From: the human T2T-CHM13v2.0 reference genome, Homo sapiens
Direction: 5' to 3' (one strand)
Length of the DNA stretch: 64,000 bases
Assembly (NCBI RefSeq): GCF_009914755.1
Contig: NC_060927.1
The first letter of the stretch is position 1; each line of letters opens with the position of its first letter. Made by a program: the position numbers and the translations under genes. Below the pieces are notes generated by a model. That model was not told the DNA's origin. It saw only the letters and a program-made list of their open reading frames with translations, and ran no database searches. Shown here one piece after another: positions 1 through 15,082 of the stretch.

Positions 1-497
1 ATGCTGCTATAAAGACACATGCACATGTATGTTTATTGTGCCACTATTCACAATAGCAAAGACTTGGAAACAAGCCAAATGTCCAACAATAGACTGGATT
101 AATAAAATGTGGCATATACACACCATGGAATACTATGCAGCCATAAAAAATGATGAGTTCCTTTCCTTTGTAGGGACATGGATGAAGCTGGAAACCATCA
201 TTCTCAGCAAACTATCGCAAGGACAAAAAACCAAACACTGCATGTTCTCACTCATAGCTGGGAATTAAACAATGAGAACACATGGACACAGGAAGGGGAA
301 CATCACACACGGGGGCCTGTTTTGGGGTGGGGGGAGGGGGGAGGGATAGCATTCGGAGATATACCTAATGTTAAATGACGAGTTAATGGGTGCAGCACAC
401 CAACATGGCACATGTATACATATGTAACAAATCTGCACGTTGTGCACATGCACCCTAAAACTTAAAGCATGATAAAAAATAAAAAATAAAATAAAAA
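1..497 (+). mobile_element. L1PA 3' end (ORF2 C-terminus, 3' UTR, A-tail); runs off the window start
   Basis: ORF 29..268 reads L1 ORF2 C-terminus (EYYAAIKNDEF..WMKLETIILSKL..KHCMFSLI); G-rich UTR tract; A-rich tail ~470-497. Confidence 0.95.
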
Positions 498-909
498 CAT
501 TGGCTGTTGACTCCAAATATCCTGCTTCATCATCTCTCCACTCCAGAAACTTTTCACATGCTTACAAAGGGTGTTCATTTCTCCTCTAAGTATTTGCACT
601 CCAGCCCCACCTGCAAGAAGGTGGAAGTAGGGCCTCTGCCTGGGATGGTAACTCTCAAATACAAGGCAAGACCTTTCTCTCCTCCAATATCCCCAGGACT
701 GAAGGACTGTGCAAGTCTGCATATTGATCAAGCTTCTTCCTCCTCCCTTATCTGAAGGGACTTACTTCCTTCAAGACACTTTTCCTCTTCCCACCTAGCT
801 CCGTGCCCCTATCCAGTCATCTTCCAACCCATCTCTCCCCACCTCCATGCCACACAAGAGGGGCTTGACCACAGCACCTGGAAGTTCCTTAAAATTGAAT
901 GGTGTGTCG

Positions 910-1189
910 GGCCGGGTGCGGTGGCTCATGTCAGTAACCCCAGCACTTTGGGAGGCTGAGGCAGGCAGGTCACTTGTGGTCAGGAGATCGAGACCAGCCT
1001 GGCCAACATGGTGAAACTCCATCTCTACTAAAAATACAAAAGTTAGCTGGGTGTGGTGGTGCATGCCTGTAGTCTCAGCTACTTGGGGGCTGAGTCAAGG
1101 GAATCACTTGAACCCAGGAGGCAGAGGTTACAGTGAGCCGAGATTGCACCACTGCACTCCAGCCTGGGTGACTGAGTGAGACTCTGCCT

Positions 1190-1249
<60 letters not shown>
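910..1249 (+). mobile_element. AluS with 59-nt pure A tail
   Basis: GGCCGGGTGCGGTGGCTCA start, dimer structure, A run 1191-1249, TSD AAAAT(T/C)GAATGGTGTG on both sides. Confidence 0.95.
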
Positions 1250-1251
<2 letters not shown>

Positions 1252-1289
1252 GAATGGTGTGATTAGCTTATGATTTTTAAAAAATGGAA

Positions 1290-2140
<851 letters not shown>

Positions 2141-2521
2141 TAGATCCTCGGTGGAGCTCAAATGCCTGGGCGAGCACCAGCCTTTGTTTAAAGGCAACAG
2201 AGAATGCTGCCCTGTCTCAGATCTTCAGCAAGCCTCCAGAATGATGGTCCAGTCTCTGAGCCCAGGGCCAAGGCAGCAGGAGCTTTGGGCGCACATGGGG
2301 ACTGGCTTCCCCCACTTTGAAGTGAATCATCACATCCGTATTAGACCCTAGCTGTTGCTCAGGCAAAAATGATGATTTAGAAGAAGATGGAGAGAAGAGG
2401 AGAGTTAATTTAAAAGCACTTATATTTGGCCGGGCACAGTGGTTCACGTCTGTAATCCCAGCACTTTGGGAGGCTGAGGCAGGTGGATCACGAGGTCAGG
2501 AGATGGAGACCATCCTGGCTA

Positions 2522-3512
<991 letters not shown>

Positions 3513-5485
3513 AATACTATGTGGGCCACACATGGTGCTTCACATCTGTTATCCCAGTATTTCGGGAAGTTGAAGCAGGAGGATCATTGCTCAGGGCCTA
3601 TGGGGACACCAGGTGCATAAGACCACAGTGTTGACTGGTGTGGGGACTCACACCTGTAAGTTTGGGAACCTAAGGCAGGGCAATCGCTTGAGCTCAGGAG
3701 TTTGAGGCCAGCCTGGGTGACATACTGAGATCTCATTTCTTAAAAAAAAAAAAAAAAAATTAATTAGCTGGGCATGGTGGTACCCGCCTACAGGCCCAGC
3801 TACTCAGGAGGCTGAAGCAGGAGGGTCGCTTGATTCCAGAAGATCAAGGCTGTGGTGAGCTGTGATTGCACCACTGCACTCCAGCCTGGGCAATAGAGCA
3901 AGCCCTGTCTCAAAAAAAAAAAAAAAAAGTCATCTCCCTTGTCTTCTGATTCCCTGAGCTGTCATAGAAAGGAAGTGAAGCAGTGAAAGCATCCCCCCAA
4001 AAGAGACTTTTCAAAACCAGCCCAAGCAACATAGAAAGACCTTGCCTCTAGAATGTATTTAAATTTGAAGGAAAAAAAATAAAAAGCAGTACTATGGCAC
4101 AGAGTTGACAGCTACAGGTGTGGCTACATCCAGGTCCTCAAACTGTATCATCAGAATGACCCCTCACCCTCCCCTCGCTTTCCATTTTACTTTCTTAAGC
4201 ATGAACATGAAATTTCCAAGATTGTCTCTCCTTTGGCTAATCTGCTTCTCAGACCCAATCGCTGTGGCCAGGGTGGTGGAAGGATATTGACATCCAGGCT
4301 GGGACCACATGCCCCAGCCCCAGATCAGGGTGGGGAGTGGCCAGTTGCACACATGCCGTGGGGTACTAGTGACTCCTCGGTGGAAAATCGGGAACTGTCA
4401 TTGGAGAGGAGCGATGGAAGAAAGGCTGACACACTGCAATGTATCTCCTGCACCAGCCTGGGACTCGATGTCTTGAGAATGGCGGTTTGCAGTCTGATGA
4501 CCCAGTACTCAGTCCAGGGCAATCCCAACTCCATCTGTGGGGCTGCCCACAGTACATGGACCCCCTCACTGGATGTGCTGACCACACGTGCAAACAGCCA
4601 CCTCCCAGCCCCACTCCCTGCAGTCCCGCTGAACCCTGTCGAAATTCCCCTCAGTTCTCACCAAGAATAAAAGCAATTCTGAGGGTGAGCAGCTCATTCC
4701 GCTAGTTTAAATCTCTCGATTCCTTCCCTCTCCAGAACTCTGTACTTACTGCTCCATCACTGGTAATGACAATGAACATTTTCACAATCTCACTTTTTAT
4801 TGCAAAGTGATTGAGGACCAGTTAGAATAAGTTATGCTACAGAAACTAAAGAAATCCCGTCAAGCAAATGGTGTGTAATAGAAAGTCTTAGGGCAGCCGT
4901 GTATATTTTCTCCCCCAATGAATCAATTGAAAATGAGAGGATCTTACCGCCATGTTCCGGGCAGAAGCTATCAAAAGTGTAAACCATGATATTATAATTT
5001 AATCATTTTACATCCGTCAAATGGATATGGCCCAGGGGTGAAAAGTGGATGCTCCGTAACTAGATGATGGTCAAGAGTTATAAAAATGAGGTCCTCTCTG
5101 TTCAACCTTTCTCCTTTCTTGAAAGGATACTCAATGTCATGCTCAGGGCCTCTAATGGCCAGAAATAAAGTTCCTCTCAGTTTCAGAGCACCCCAGGGCA
5201 ACCCCAAAACCAGAGCAACTGCTTATAGCCATAAGCCACAGACTATGTACTGTGCAATTCCTGGGGCGGCATTTTCATAAATATGTGGGTGGCGCCCCCT
5301 GGAGGTGTGCAATGTACAACTTGCATAAATGGTAAGTGATGGTATCCCAAAGTCCACCAAGAAGAGGTAAACAAAATTCCCATCGATGTTGCCATCAGTC
5401 ATGAGTCTGTCTTTTCTTCATGGGACAGTAGCAAAAACAATTTGGCCAAATGTGCTTGGATGATCTCTAAGCTCTAAGATGGAAT

Positions 5486-5704
5486 CAGGGTCTCTCACTT
5501 TCAGCACTATTGACATTTGGGGCTGAATCATTACTTTGTCTTAGTGGGAGTTGTCCGGGGCATTGTAGGATGTTTAGCAGCATCCGTGGCCTCTACCCAT
5601 TAGATGCCAGTAGCACCACCTCCTCCAGCTGCAACAACCAAAACTCTCCAGACATGGGCACATGTTCTCTGGGGAGCAAAATCACACCCTGGTTGAGAAG
5701 CCAG
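5486..5704. mobile_element. MER20 (hAT-Charlie MITE)
   Basis: CACTATTGACATTTGGGGCTG..GCATTGTAGGATGTTTAGCAGCATCC..CCATTAGATGCCAGTAGCACC..GGTTGAGAA matches recalled MER20. Confidence 0.85.
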
Positions 5705-6403
5705 ACATAATACGCAGATCACATGTAAGTAAGAGAGCCTAAGGGCCACACAGGTGATGCTGTACCCATGACAAAGCCAGAGTCTTAAAGAGGTTAGAGA
5801 GGTGGAGAAAGAGAAAGGAAATAGAGTCCCAGCTGCCGAGAGCAACAGATGCTGACTAGATGTTGTTGATAGTCATCTTAAACTGAGTTAAAAAATGCTG
5901 AGAAGCCATCAGCTGCCATCCTGCTCTCCAGGGACAAAGCTGCTGAAAAAGGCCTGGAGATCAACAAAGCGCCAGACACAGGTGCACTGAGCAAAGAAAC
6001 CAGAGATTGAGACAAAAAAGACATTCCCTCAAAGACTACTCATTTCCAAGGGGGAGAAAAAGTGGAGTCACAAAAAACAGTTGAGGCTGGGTAGAGTGAC
6101 TCACACCTGTAATCCCAGCACTTTGGGATTACTCCCATGCTAAGACGGGAAGATTGCTTGAGCTCAGTAGTTCAAGACCGGCCTGGGCAACATAGCAAGA
6201 CCTTGCCTCTAGAAAAAGGGAAAAAACTAGCCAGGTGTGATGATACATGCCTGTGGTCTCAGCTACTCAGGAGGCTGAGGTGGGAGGATTGCTTGAACAC
6301 AGGAGGTAGAGGCTGCAGTGAGCCGGGATCACAACACTGCACTCCAGCCTGGGCTACAGAGTGAGATCCTGTCTCAACAAAGAAAAAAATTAAATAAAAT
6401 TAA

Positions 6404-7005
6404 GGCCAGGCACAATGGCTCATGCCTGTAATCTCAGCACTTTGGGAGGCCAAGGTGGGCAGATCACGGGGTCAGGAGATCAAGACCATCCTAACACAGT
6501 GAAACCCCATCTGTACTAAAAATACAAACAATTAGCCGGACATGGTGGTGGGTTCATATAGTCCCAGCTACTCTGGAGGCTGAGGCAGAAGAATGGAGTA
6601 AACTCAGGAGGTGGAGTTTGCAGTGAGCCAAGATCATGCCACTGCACTCCAGCCTGGGCAAAAGAGCAAGACTCCATCTCAAAACAAAAAATAAAAGAAA
6701 AAAGAAAATTAAAAAATTTTTTGAGACCAAGTCTCACTCTGTCGCCCAGGCTGGAGTGTAATGGTGCGATCTCGGCTCACTGCAACCTCCGCCTCCTGGG
6801 TTCAAGTGATTCTCATGCCTCGACCTTGTGCCTCAACATGACTACAGGCATGTTGTCACCATGCCTGGCTAATTTTTGCATTTTTAGTAGAGATGGGGTT
6901 TCGCCATGTTGTCCAGGATGGTCTTGAACTCCTAGGTTCAAGTGATCTACCCACCTCAGCCTCCCAAAATGCTGAGATTACAGGCATTAGCCACCGTGCC
7001 CGACC
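6404..7005. mobile_element. Abutting tail-to-tail inverted Alu pair (6404-6716 +, 6717-7005 -)
   Basis: A-tail of the first Alu runs directly into the T-tail of the second (AAAAAATTTTTTGAGAC). Confidence 0.9.
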
Positions 7006-7361
7006 TCTAACTTTTCGTTATGGAAATTTCCCATACGCACAAAAAGCAGGGAGAGAATTGCACCATGAACCCCCATTCACCCATCATCCCACTGCAAGAA
7101 CTTGTCAACATCTCGCCAATCTCATTCCAGTTCCCGCTTTTCTTTTCCTTCTTGCTATTTTACAATATTTTAAAGCAAATTCCAGACATTTCATTTCACC
7201 CACATCCATAACACACCAGGGTGCATTCTTGATGTAAGGGTTTTGTTTTGTTTTGTTTTATAACCCCCATGCCATTGCCACAGTTAATAGATTTAACATG
7301 AAGAAACTAAGATTCTTGTAGGTGGAGAAAAGATCTAATTACCACCTTAAAGCCTCTCCTA

Positions 7362-7515
7362 CCAGCACTTCTCAGATCTGAACGTGTATGCAGATCACCC
7401 AGGCATCTTGTTAAAATGCAGATTCTGGCCCAGCAGGTCCTCCCGGGTGAGCCCTGAGAGTCTTCAATTCCAAAAGCTCACAGGTGACGCAATGCTGCAG
7501 GTCCATGAATCACAC
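7362..7515. mobile_element. MER5A-like hAT MITE (similar fragments at ~20960-21090 and ~21640-21750)
   Basis: GATCACCCAGGCATCTTGTTAAAATGCAGATTCTGG motif. Confidence 0.7.
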
Positions 7516-8296
7516 AAGAGGAAGGGTTGGCCAAACACCCACAACAACTGGGTGCAAAGTCCTCACTGTTCCCGACTGCAGGGCCTTCAGTGAACGGGGA
7601 AGCTGGGGACCATTTGGGAAAGAAGGGAGGTTTTTCGTATCAGCTCCAGGCCCTGTAGAACTGCCAGGGAATAACAGAAACAAGGTCAACAAAGTCCAAC
7701 CAACAGCATGAGTGCATTCATATTCCACAACCACTGCAGCAAAGAACCATGAAATGGGTGGCTTCAAACAATGTCTGGGCCTGGTGCTGTGGCTCACACC
7801 TAAATAATCTCAGCACTTTGGGAGGCTGAGGTGGGTGGATCACCTGAGGCCAGGAATTCGAGACCAGCCTGGCCAATATGGCAAAACCTCATCTCTACTA
7901 AAAATACAAAAATTAGCCATGCATGGTGGCAGGCACCTGTAGCCCAGCTACTTGGGAGGCTGAGGCAAGAGAATGGCTTGAGCCCAGGAAGTGGAGGATG
8001 CAGTGAATCAAGATCGTGCAACTGCACTCCAGACTGGGCAACAGAGCAAGGCTCTTTCTAAAAAAAAAAAGAAAAAAAAAATGTCTGGAGGCCAGAAGTC
8101 CAAAATCAATCAAATGTCAGCAGGACTATGCTCCTTCAGAGGTTCTAGGGGAGAATCCATTCCTTGCCTCTTCCAGCTTGTAGAGGCTACTAGATTTCCT
8201 CAACTTGTGGCTGCATGATCCAATCTCTGCCTCTGTGATCACCTTGCCTCCTCCTCTTCTCCTCTTCTGTATGGGTCTCCTCCTCTGGAGGAAGAG

Positions 8297-8643
8297 TGTC
8301 AGGCCTCTGAGCCCAAGCTAAGCCATCGTATCCCCTGTGACCTGCACGTACACATCCAGATGGCCAGTTCCTGCCTTAACTGATGACATTATCTTGTGAA
8401 ATGCCTTCTCCTGGCTCATCCTGGCTCAGAAGCTCCCCTACTGAGCACCTTGTGACCCCCACTCCTGCCTGCCAGAGAACCCCCCTTTTTCCTTTACCTA
8501 CCCAAATCCTATAAAATGGCCCCACCCCATCTCCCTTCGCTCACTCTTTTCAGACTCAGTCCACCTGCACCCAGGTGAAATAAACAGCTTTATTGTTCAC
8601 ACAAAGCCTGTTTGGTGGTCTCTTCACACAGACCCATGTGAAA
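8297..8643 (+). promoter_or_regulatory. HERV-H 5' LTR (LTR7), 347 bp
   Basis: TGTCAGGCCTCTGAGCCCAAGCTAAGCC start, TATAAAA ~8510, AATAAA ~8579, ends GTGAAA before the PBS. Confidence 0.95.
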
Positions 8644-8645
8644 TT

Positions 8646-8663
8646 TGGTGTCATAACTCGGAT
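8646..8663 (+). other. Primer-binding site, tRNA-His
   Basis: TGGTGTCATAACTCGGAT, 15/18 match to TGGTGCCGTGACTCGGAT. Confidence 0.9.
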
Positions 8664-9194
8664 CGGGGGACCTACCTTGGGACATCAATCCCCTGTCCTC
8701 CTGCTCTTTGCTCTGTGAGAAAGATCCACCTACAACCTCAAGTCCTCAGGCTGACCAGCCCAAGAACATCTCACCAATTTCCAATCCGGTAAGCAGCTTC
8801 TTTTTACTCTCTTCTCCAACCTCCCTCACTATCCCTCAACCTCTTTCTCCTTTCAATCTTGATGCCACACTTCAATCTCTCCCTTCTCTTAATTTCAATT
8901 CCTTTCATTTTCTGGTAGAGACAAAGGAGACACATTTTATCCGTGGACCCAAAACTCTGGCGCCTGTCACGGACTAGGGAAGGCAGCTTTTCCTTGGTGT
9001 TTAATCATTGCAGGGACACCTCTGTGATTATTCACCCAGGTTTCAGAGGTGTCAGACCACGCAGGGATGCCTGCCTTTGTCCTTCACCCTTAGTGGCAAG
9101 TCCCACTTTTCTGGGGGAAGGGGCAAGAACCCCTCAACCCCTTCTCCTTCACCCTTAGCAGCAAGTCCCACTTTTCTGGGGGAGGGGAAGGAAC

Positions 9195-9410
9195 CCCCTC
9201 TTATCTCAGTGCCCCGATCCCTTATTTCTGTGCCCCAACCTCTTATCTCTGTGGCCCGATCCCTTATTTCCATGCCCCAACCTCTTATCTCTGTGACCCA
9301 ATCCCTTATTTCCACGACCTGACCTCTTATCTCTGCACCCCAACCCCTTATTTCTGTGCCCTGACCTCTTAGCTCTGCATCACAACCCTTTATTTCTGCA
9401 CACTGACCCC
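9195..9410 (+). repeat. ~21-bp degenerate tandem repeat in the HERV-H leader (~10 units)
   Basis: Units like CCTCTTATCTCTGTGCCCCGA / CCCTTATTTCTGTGCCCCAA; visible as (TEIRGWG/TEIRDRA)n in minus ORF 9052..9444. Confidence 0.9.
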
Positions 9411-10779
9411 TTTCCCACTTTTCGGGAAGGCAAGAACCCCCCACCCCTTCTCTCTGTGTCTCTACTCTCTCTTTTCTCTAGGCTTGCCTCCTTCACTATG
9501 GGCAAGCTTCTGCCCTCCATTCCCCCTTCTTCTCCCCTAGCCTGTGTTAAAAACCTAAAATCTTTTCAACTCACACCTGACCTAAAACCTAAATGCCTTA
9601 TTTTCTTCCACAATGCCACTTGACCCCAATACAAACTCAACAGTAGTTCCAAATAGCCAGAAAATGGCACTTTCAATTTTTCCAACCTACAAGATCTAGA
9701 TAATTCTTGTCGTAAAATGGGCAAACGGTCTGAGGTGACTGATGCCCAGGCATTCTTTTACACATCGGTCCCTCCCTAGTCTGTTCCCAGTGCAACTCAT
9801 CCCAAATCTTCCTTCTTTCCCTCCCACCTGTCCCCTCAGTCCCAACCCCAAGCGTCACTGAGTCTTTGTAATCTTCCTTTTCTACAGACCAATCTGACCT
9901 CTCCCCTCCTCACCAGGCCAAGCTAGGCCCCAATTCTTCCTCAGCCTCCGCTCCTCCACCCTATAATCCTTTTATCACCTCCCCTCCTCACACCGGGTCC
10001 AGCTTACAGTTTCGTTCCATGACTAGCCCTCCCCAACCTGCCCAGCAATTTCCTCTGAAAAAGGTGGCTGGAGCTAAAGGCATAGTCAAGGTTAATGCTC
10101 CTTTTTCTTTATCCCAAATCAGATAGGGTTTAGGCTCTTTTTCATCAAATATAAAAATCCAGCCCAGTTCATGGCTCATTTGGCAGCAACCCTGAGATGC
10201 TTTACAGCCCTAGACCCTAAAAGGTCAAAAGGCCGTCTTATTCTCAATATACATTGTATTACCCAATCTGCTCCCAATATTAAATAAAACTCTGAAAATT
10301 AAATTCCGGCCCTCAAACCCCACAACAGGACTTAATTAACCTCACCTTCAAGGTGTACAATAATAGAGTAGAGGCAGCAAAGTAGCAACATATTTCTGAG
10401 TTGTAATTCCTTGCCTCCACTGTGAGACAAACCCCAGCCACATCTCCAGCACACAAGAACTTCCAAACGCCTAAAGTGCAGTGGCCAGGTGTTCCTCCAG
10501 AACCGCCTCCCCCAGGAGCTTGCTACTAGTGCCAGAAATCTGGCCAAAGAATGCCCACAACCCGGGATTCCTCCTAAGCCATGTCCCATCTGTGTGGGAC
10601 CCCACTAGAAATTGGACTGTTCAACTCACCTGACAGCCACTCCCAGAGCCCCTGGAACTCTGGCCCAAGGCTCTCTGACTGACTCCTTCCCAGATCTTCT
10701 TGGCTTAGCAGCTGAAGACTGACACTGCCTGATCGATCACTTCGGAAGCCTACAGGACCATCACAGATGCTCTAGGTAA

Positions 10780-13000
10780 CTCTCACAGTGGAGGGTAAGT
10801 CCGTCCCCTTCTTAATCAATACGGAGGCTACCCACTCCACATTACCTTCTTTTCAAGGGCCTGTTTCCCTTGCCTCCATAACTGTTGTGGTTATTGACAG
10901 CCAGGCTTCTAAACCTCTTAAAACTCCCCAACTCTGGTGCCAACTTAGACAATACTCTTTTAAGCACTCCTTTTTAGTTATCCCCACCTGCCCAGTTCCC
11001 TTATTAGGCTGAGACACTTTAACTAAATTATCTGCTTCCCTGACTATTCCTGGACTATAGCTACATCTCATTGCCACCCACCTTAACCCACAAGTAGAAG
11101 ATACCTCTACTCCCTCCTTGGCGACCGATCATGCACCCCTTACCATCTCATTAAAACCTAATCACCCTTACCCCGCTCAATGCCAATATCCCATCCCACA
11201 GCATGCTTTGAAAGGATTAAAGCCTGTTATCACTTGCCTGCTACAGCATAGCCTTTTAAAGCCTATAAACTCTCCTTACAATTCCCCCATTTTACCTGTC
11301 CTAAAACCATCCACCCCATGGTGCCAAATGCATATACTCTCCTATCCTCAATTCCTCCCTCCACAACCCATTATTCTGTTCTGGATCTCAAACATGCTTT
11401 CTTTACTATTCCTTTGCACCCTTCATCCCAGCCTCTCTTTGCTTTCACTTGGACTGACCCTGACACCCATCAGGCTCAGCAAATTACCTGGGCTGTACTG
11501 CCGCAGAGCTTCACAGACAGCCCCTATTACTTCAGTCAAGGCCAAATTTCTTCCTTATCTATTACCTATCTCAGCATAATTCTCATAAAAACACACATGC
11601 TCTCCCTGCCGATCGTGTCCAACTAATCTCTCAAACCCCAACCCCAGCTACAAAACAACAACTCCTTTCCTTCCTGGGCATGGTTGGATACTTTTGCCTT
11701 TAGATACCTGGTATTGCCACCCTAACAAAACCATTATATAAACTCAAAAAAGGAAACCTAGCTTACTCCATAGATCCTAAATCCTTTCCCCACTCCTCTT
11801 TCAGTTCCTTGAAGACAGCTTTAAAGACTGCCCCTACCCTAGCTCTCCCTGACTCATCCCAACCCTTTTCATTACACACAGCCAAAGTGCAGCGCTGTGC
11901 AGTCGAAATTCTTACACAAGGACCAAGATTGCTTCCTGTAGCCTTTTTGTCCAAACAACTTGACCTTACTGTTTTAGGCTGGCCATTATGTCTCTGTGCA
12001 GTGGCTGCTGCTGCCCTAATACTTTTAGAGGTCGTTAAAATCACAAACTATGCTCAACTCACTCTCTACAGCTCTCATAATTTCCAAAATCTATTTTCTT
12101 CCTCACACCTGACGCATATACTTTCTGCTCCCTGGCTCCTTCAGCTGTACTCACTCTTTGTTGAGTCTCCCACAATTACCATTGTTCCTGGCCCGGACTT
12201 CAATCCAGCCTCTCACATTATTCCTGATACCACACCTGACCCTCATGACTGTATCTCTCTGATCCACCTGACATTCACCCCATTTCCCCACATTTCCTTC
12301 TTTCCTGCTTCTCACCCTGATCACACTTAGTTTATTGATGGCAGTTCCACCAGGCCTAATTGCCACACACCAGCAAAGGCAGGCTATCCTATAGTACAAG
12401 CCACTAGCCCGCCTCTTAGAACCTCTCATTTCCTTTCCAGCGTGGAAATCTATCCTCAAAGAAATAACTTCTCAGTGTTCCATCTGCTATTCTTTTACTC
12501 CTCAGGGATTATTCAGGCCCCCTCCCTTCCCTACACATCAAGCTCAGGGATTTGCCCCCACTCAGGACTGGCAAATTAGCTTTACTCAACGTGCCCTGAG
12601 TCAGGAAACTAAAATACCTCTTGGTCTAGGTAGACACTTTCACTGGATAGGTAGAGGCCTTTCCCACAGGGCCTAAGAAAGCCACCACGGTCATTTCTTC
12701 CCTTCTGTCAGACATAATTCCTCAGTTTGGCCTTCCCACCTCTATACAATCCAATAGTAGACCGGCCTTTATTAGTCAAATCAGCCAAGCAGTTTTTCAG
12801 GCTCTTAGTATTCAGTGAAACCTTTATATCCCTTACAGTCCTCAGTCTTCAGGAAAGGTAGAACAGACTAATGGTCTTTTAAAAACACACCTCACCAATC
12901 TCAGCCACCAACTTAAAAAGGACTGGACAATACTTTTACCACTTTCCCTTCTCAGAATTCAAGCCTGTCCTTGGAATGCTACAAGGTACAGCCCATTTAA
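10780..13000 (+). pseudogene. HERV-H pro-pol remnants
   Basis: FLINTEAT (degenerate DTGA), YSVLDLKHAFFTIPLHP..FAFTW..LPQSFTDSP (RT), ALKTAPTLALPD, FIDGSS (RNase H), VDTFTG / SSGKVE (IN); multiple stops, frameshifts and deletions. Confidence 0.9.
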
Positions 13001-13641
13001 GCTCCTGTATAGATGCTCCTTTTTATTAGGCCCCAGTCTCATTCCAGACACCACACCAACTTGGAATGTGCCCCAAAAAACTTGTCATCCCTACTATCTT
13101 CTCTCTAGTCATACTCCTATTCACCGTTCTCAACTACTCATACATGCCCTGCTCTTGTTTACACTGCCAGTTTACACTGTTTCTCCAAGCCATCGCAGCT
13201 GATAGCTCCTGGTGCTATGCCCAAACCGCCACTCTTAACTCTTAAATAATCTTTGCTGGCAAGGCTATGCTGAACCTCCTTAGGCACTCTCTAATTAGAT
13301 GTCCTAGGTCCTCCCAATTCTTAGTCCTTTAATACCTGCTTTTCTCCTTCTCTTATTCTGTTTAGTTTTTAATTCATACAAAACTGTATCCAAGCCATCA
13401 TCAATAATTCTAAATGACAAATGTTTCTTCTAACAACCCCACAATATCACCCCTTACCACAAAATATTCCTTCAGCTTCATCTCTCCCACTCTAGGTTCC
13501 AACGCTGCCTCTAATCCCGCTCAAAGCAGCCCTGAGAAACATCGCCCATTACTTCTCCATACCATCCCCAAAAATTTTCGCCGTCCCAACACTTTACCAC
13601 TATTTCGTTTTATTTTTCCTGTTAATATAAGAAGACAGGAA

Positions 13642-14391
<750 letters not shown>

Positions 14392-14663
14392 TAGATGTAC
14401 AGCCTACCTAAAATACTCCAGGAGAATCTCATCTCAAGATCCTTAACTTAATTACATCTGCAAAGACCCTTTTTCCAAATAATGCCACCTCCACAGATTC
14501 TAGGCACAAGGATCTGGATATATCTTGTGCAAAGCCACCATTCAGCTCACTACACTAGAAAGAAGAAAAACAACGAAGTAACAAAAGGCGCAGAAGAAAG
14601 AACAGATGCAGCTTGTGTGGCAGTGGCCATCAAGGCAGGCTGGGGTAAAACTGTGTCAGCAGA

Positions 14664-15082
14664 ACCCCAAAAGTCCAACAATGATAGACTGGATTAAGAA
14701 AATGTGGCACATATACGCCACGGAATACTATGCAGCCATAAAAAATGATGAGTTCATGTCCTTTGTAGGGACATGGATGAAATTGGAAATCATCATTCTC
14801 AGTAAACTATCGCAAGAACAAAAAACCAAACACCGTATATTCTCACTCATAGGTGGAAATTGAACAATGAGATCACATGGACACATGAAGGGGAATACCA
14901 CACTCTGGGGACTGTGGTGGGGTGGGGGGAGGGGGGAGGGATAGCATTGGGAGATATACCTAAGGCTAGATGACGAGTTAGTGGGTGCAGCGCACCAGCA
15001 TGGCACATGTATACATATGTAACTAACCTGCACAAAGTGCACATGTACCCTAAAACTTAAAGTATTAAAAAAAAAAAAAAAA
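14664..15082 (+). mobile_element. 5'-truncated young L1PA (L1PA2/3-like), ~420 bp
   Basis: ORF2 end WMKLEIIILSKLSQEQKTKHRIFSLIGGN*, 3' UTR GCTAGATGACGAGTTAGTGGGTGCAGCGCACCAGC (GAG, not the L1HS ACA/ACG), polyA. Confidence 0.9.

Noticed and set aside
9195-9410. Regular short repeats superficially CRISPR-like (also 54631-54710)
   Set aside because: No unique spacers and no cas genes; they lie inside a HERV-H leader and an Alu in primate DNA.
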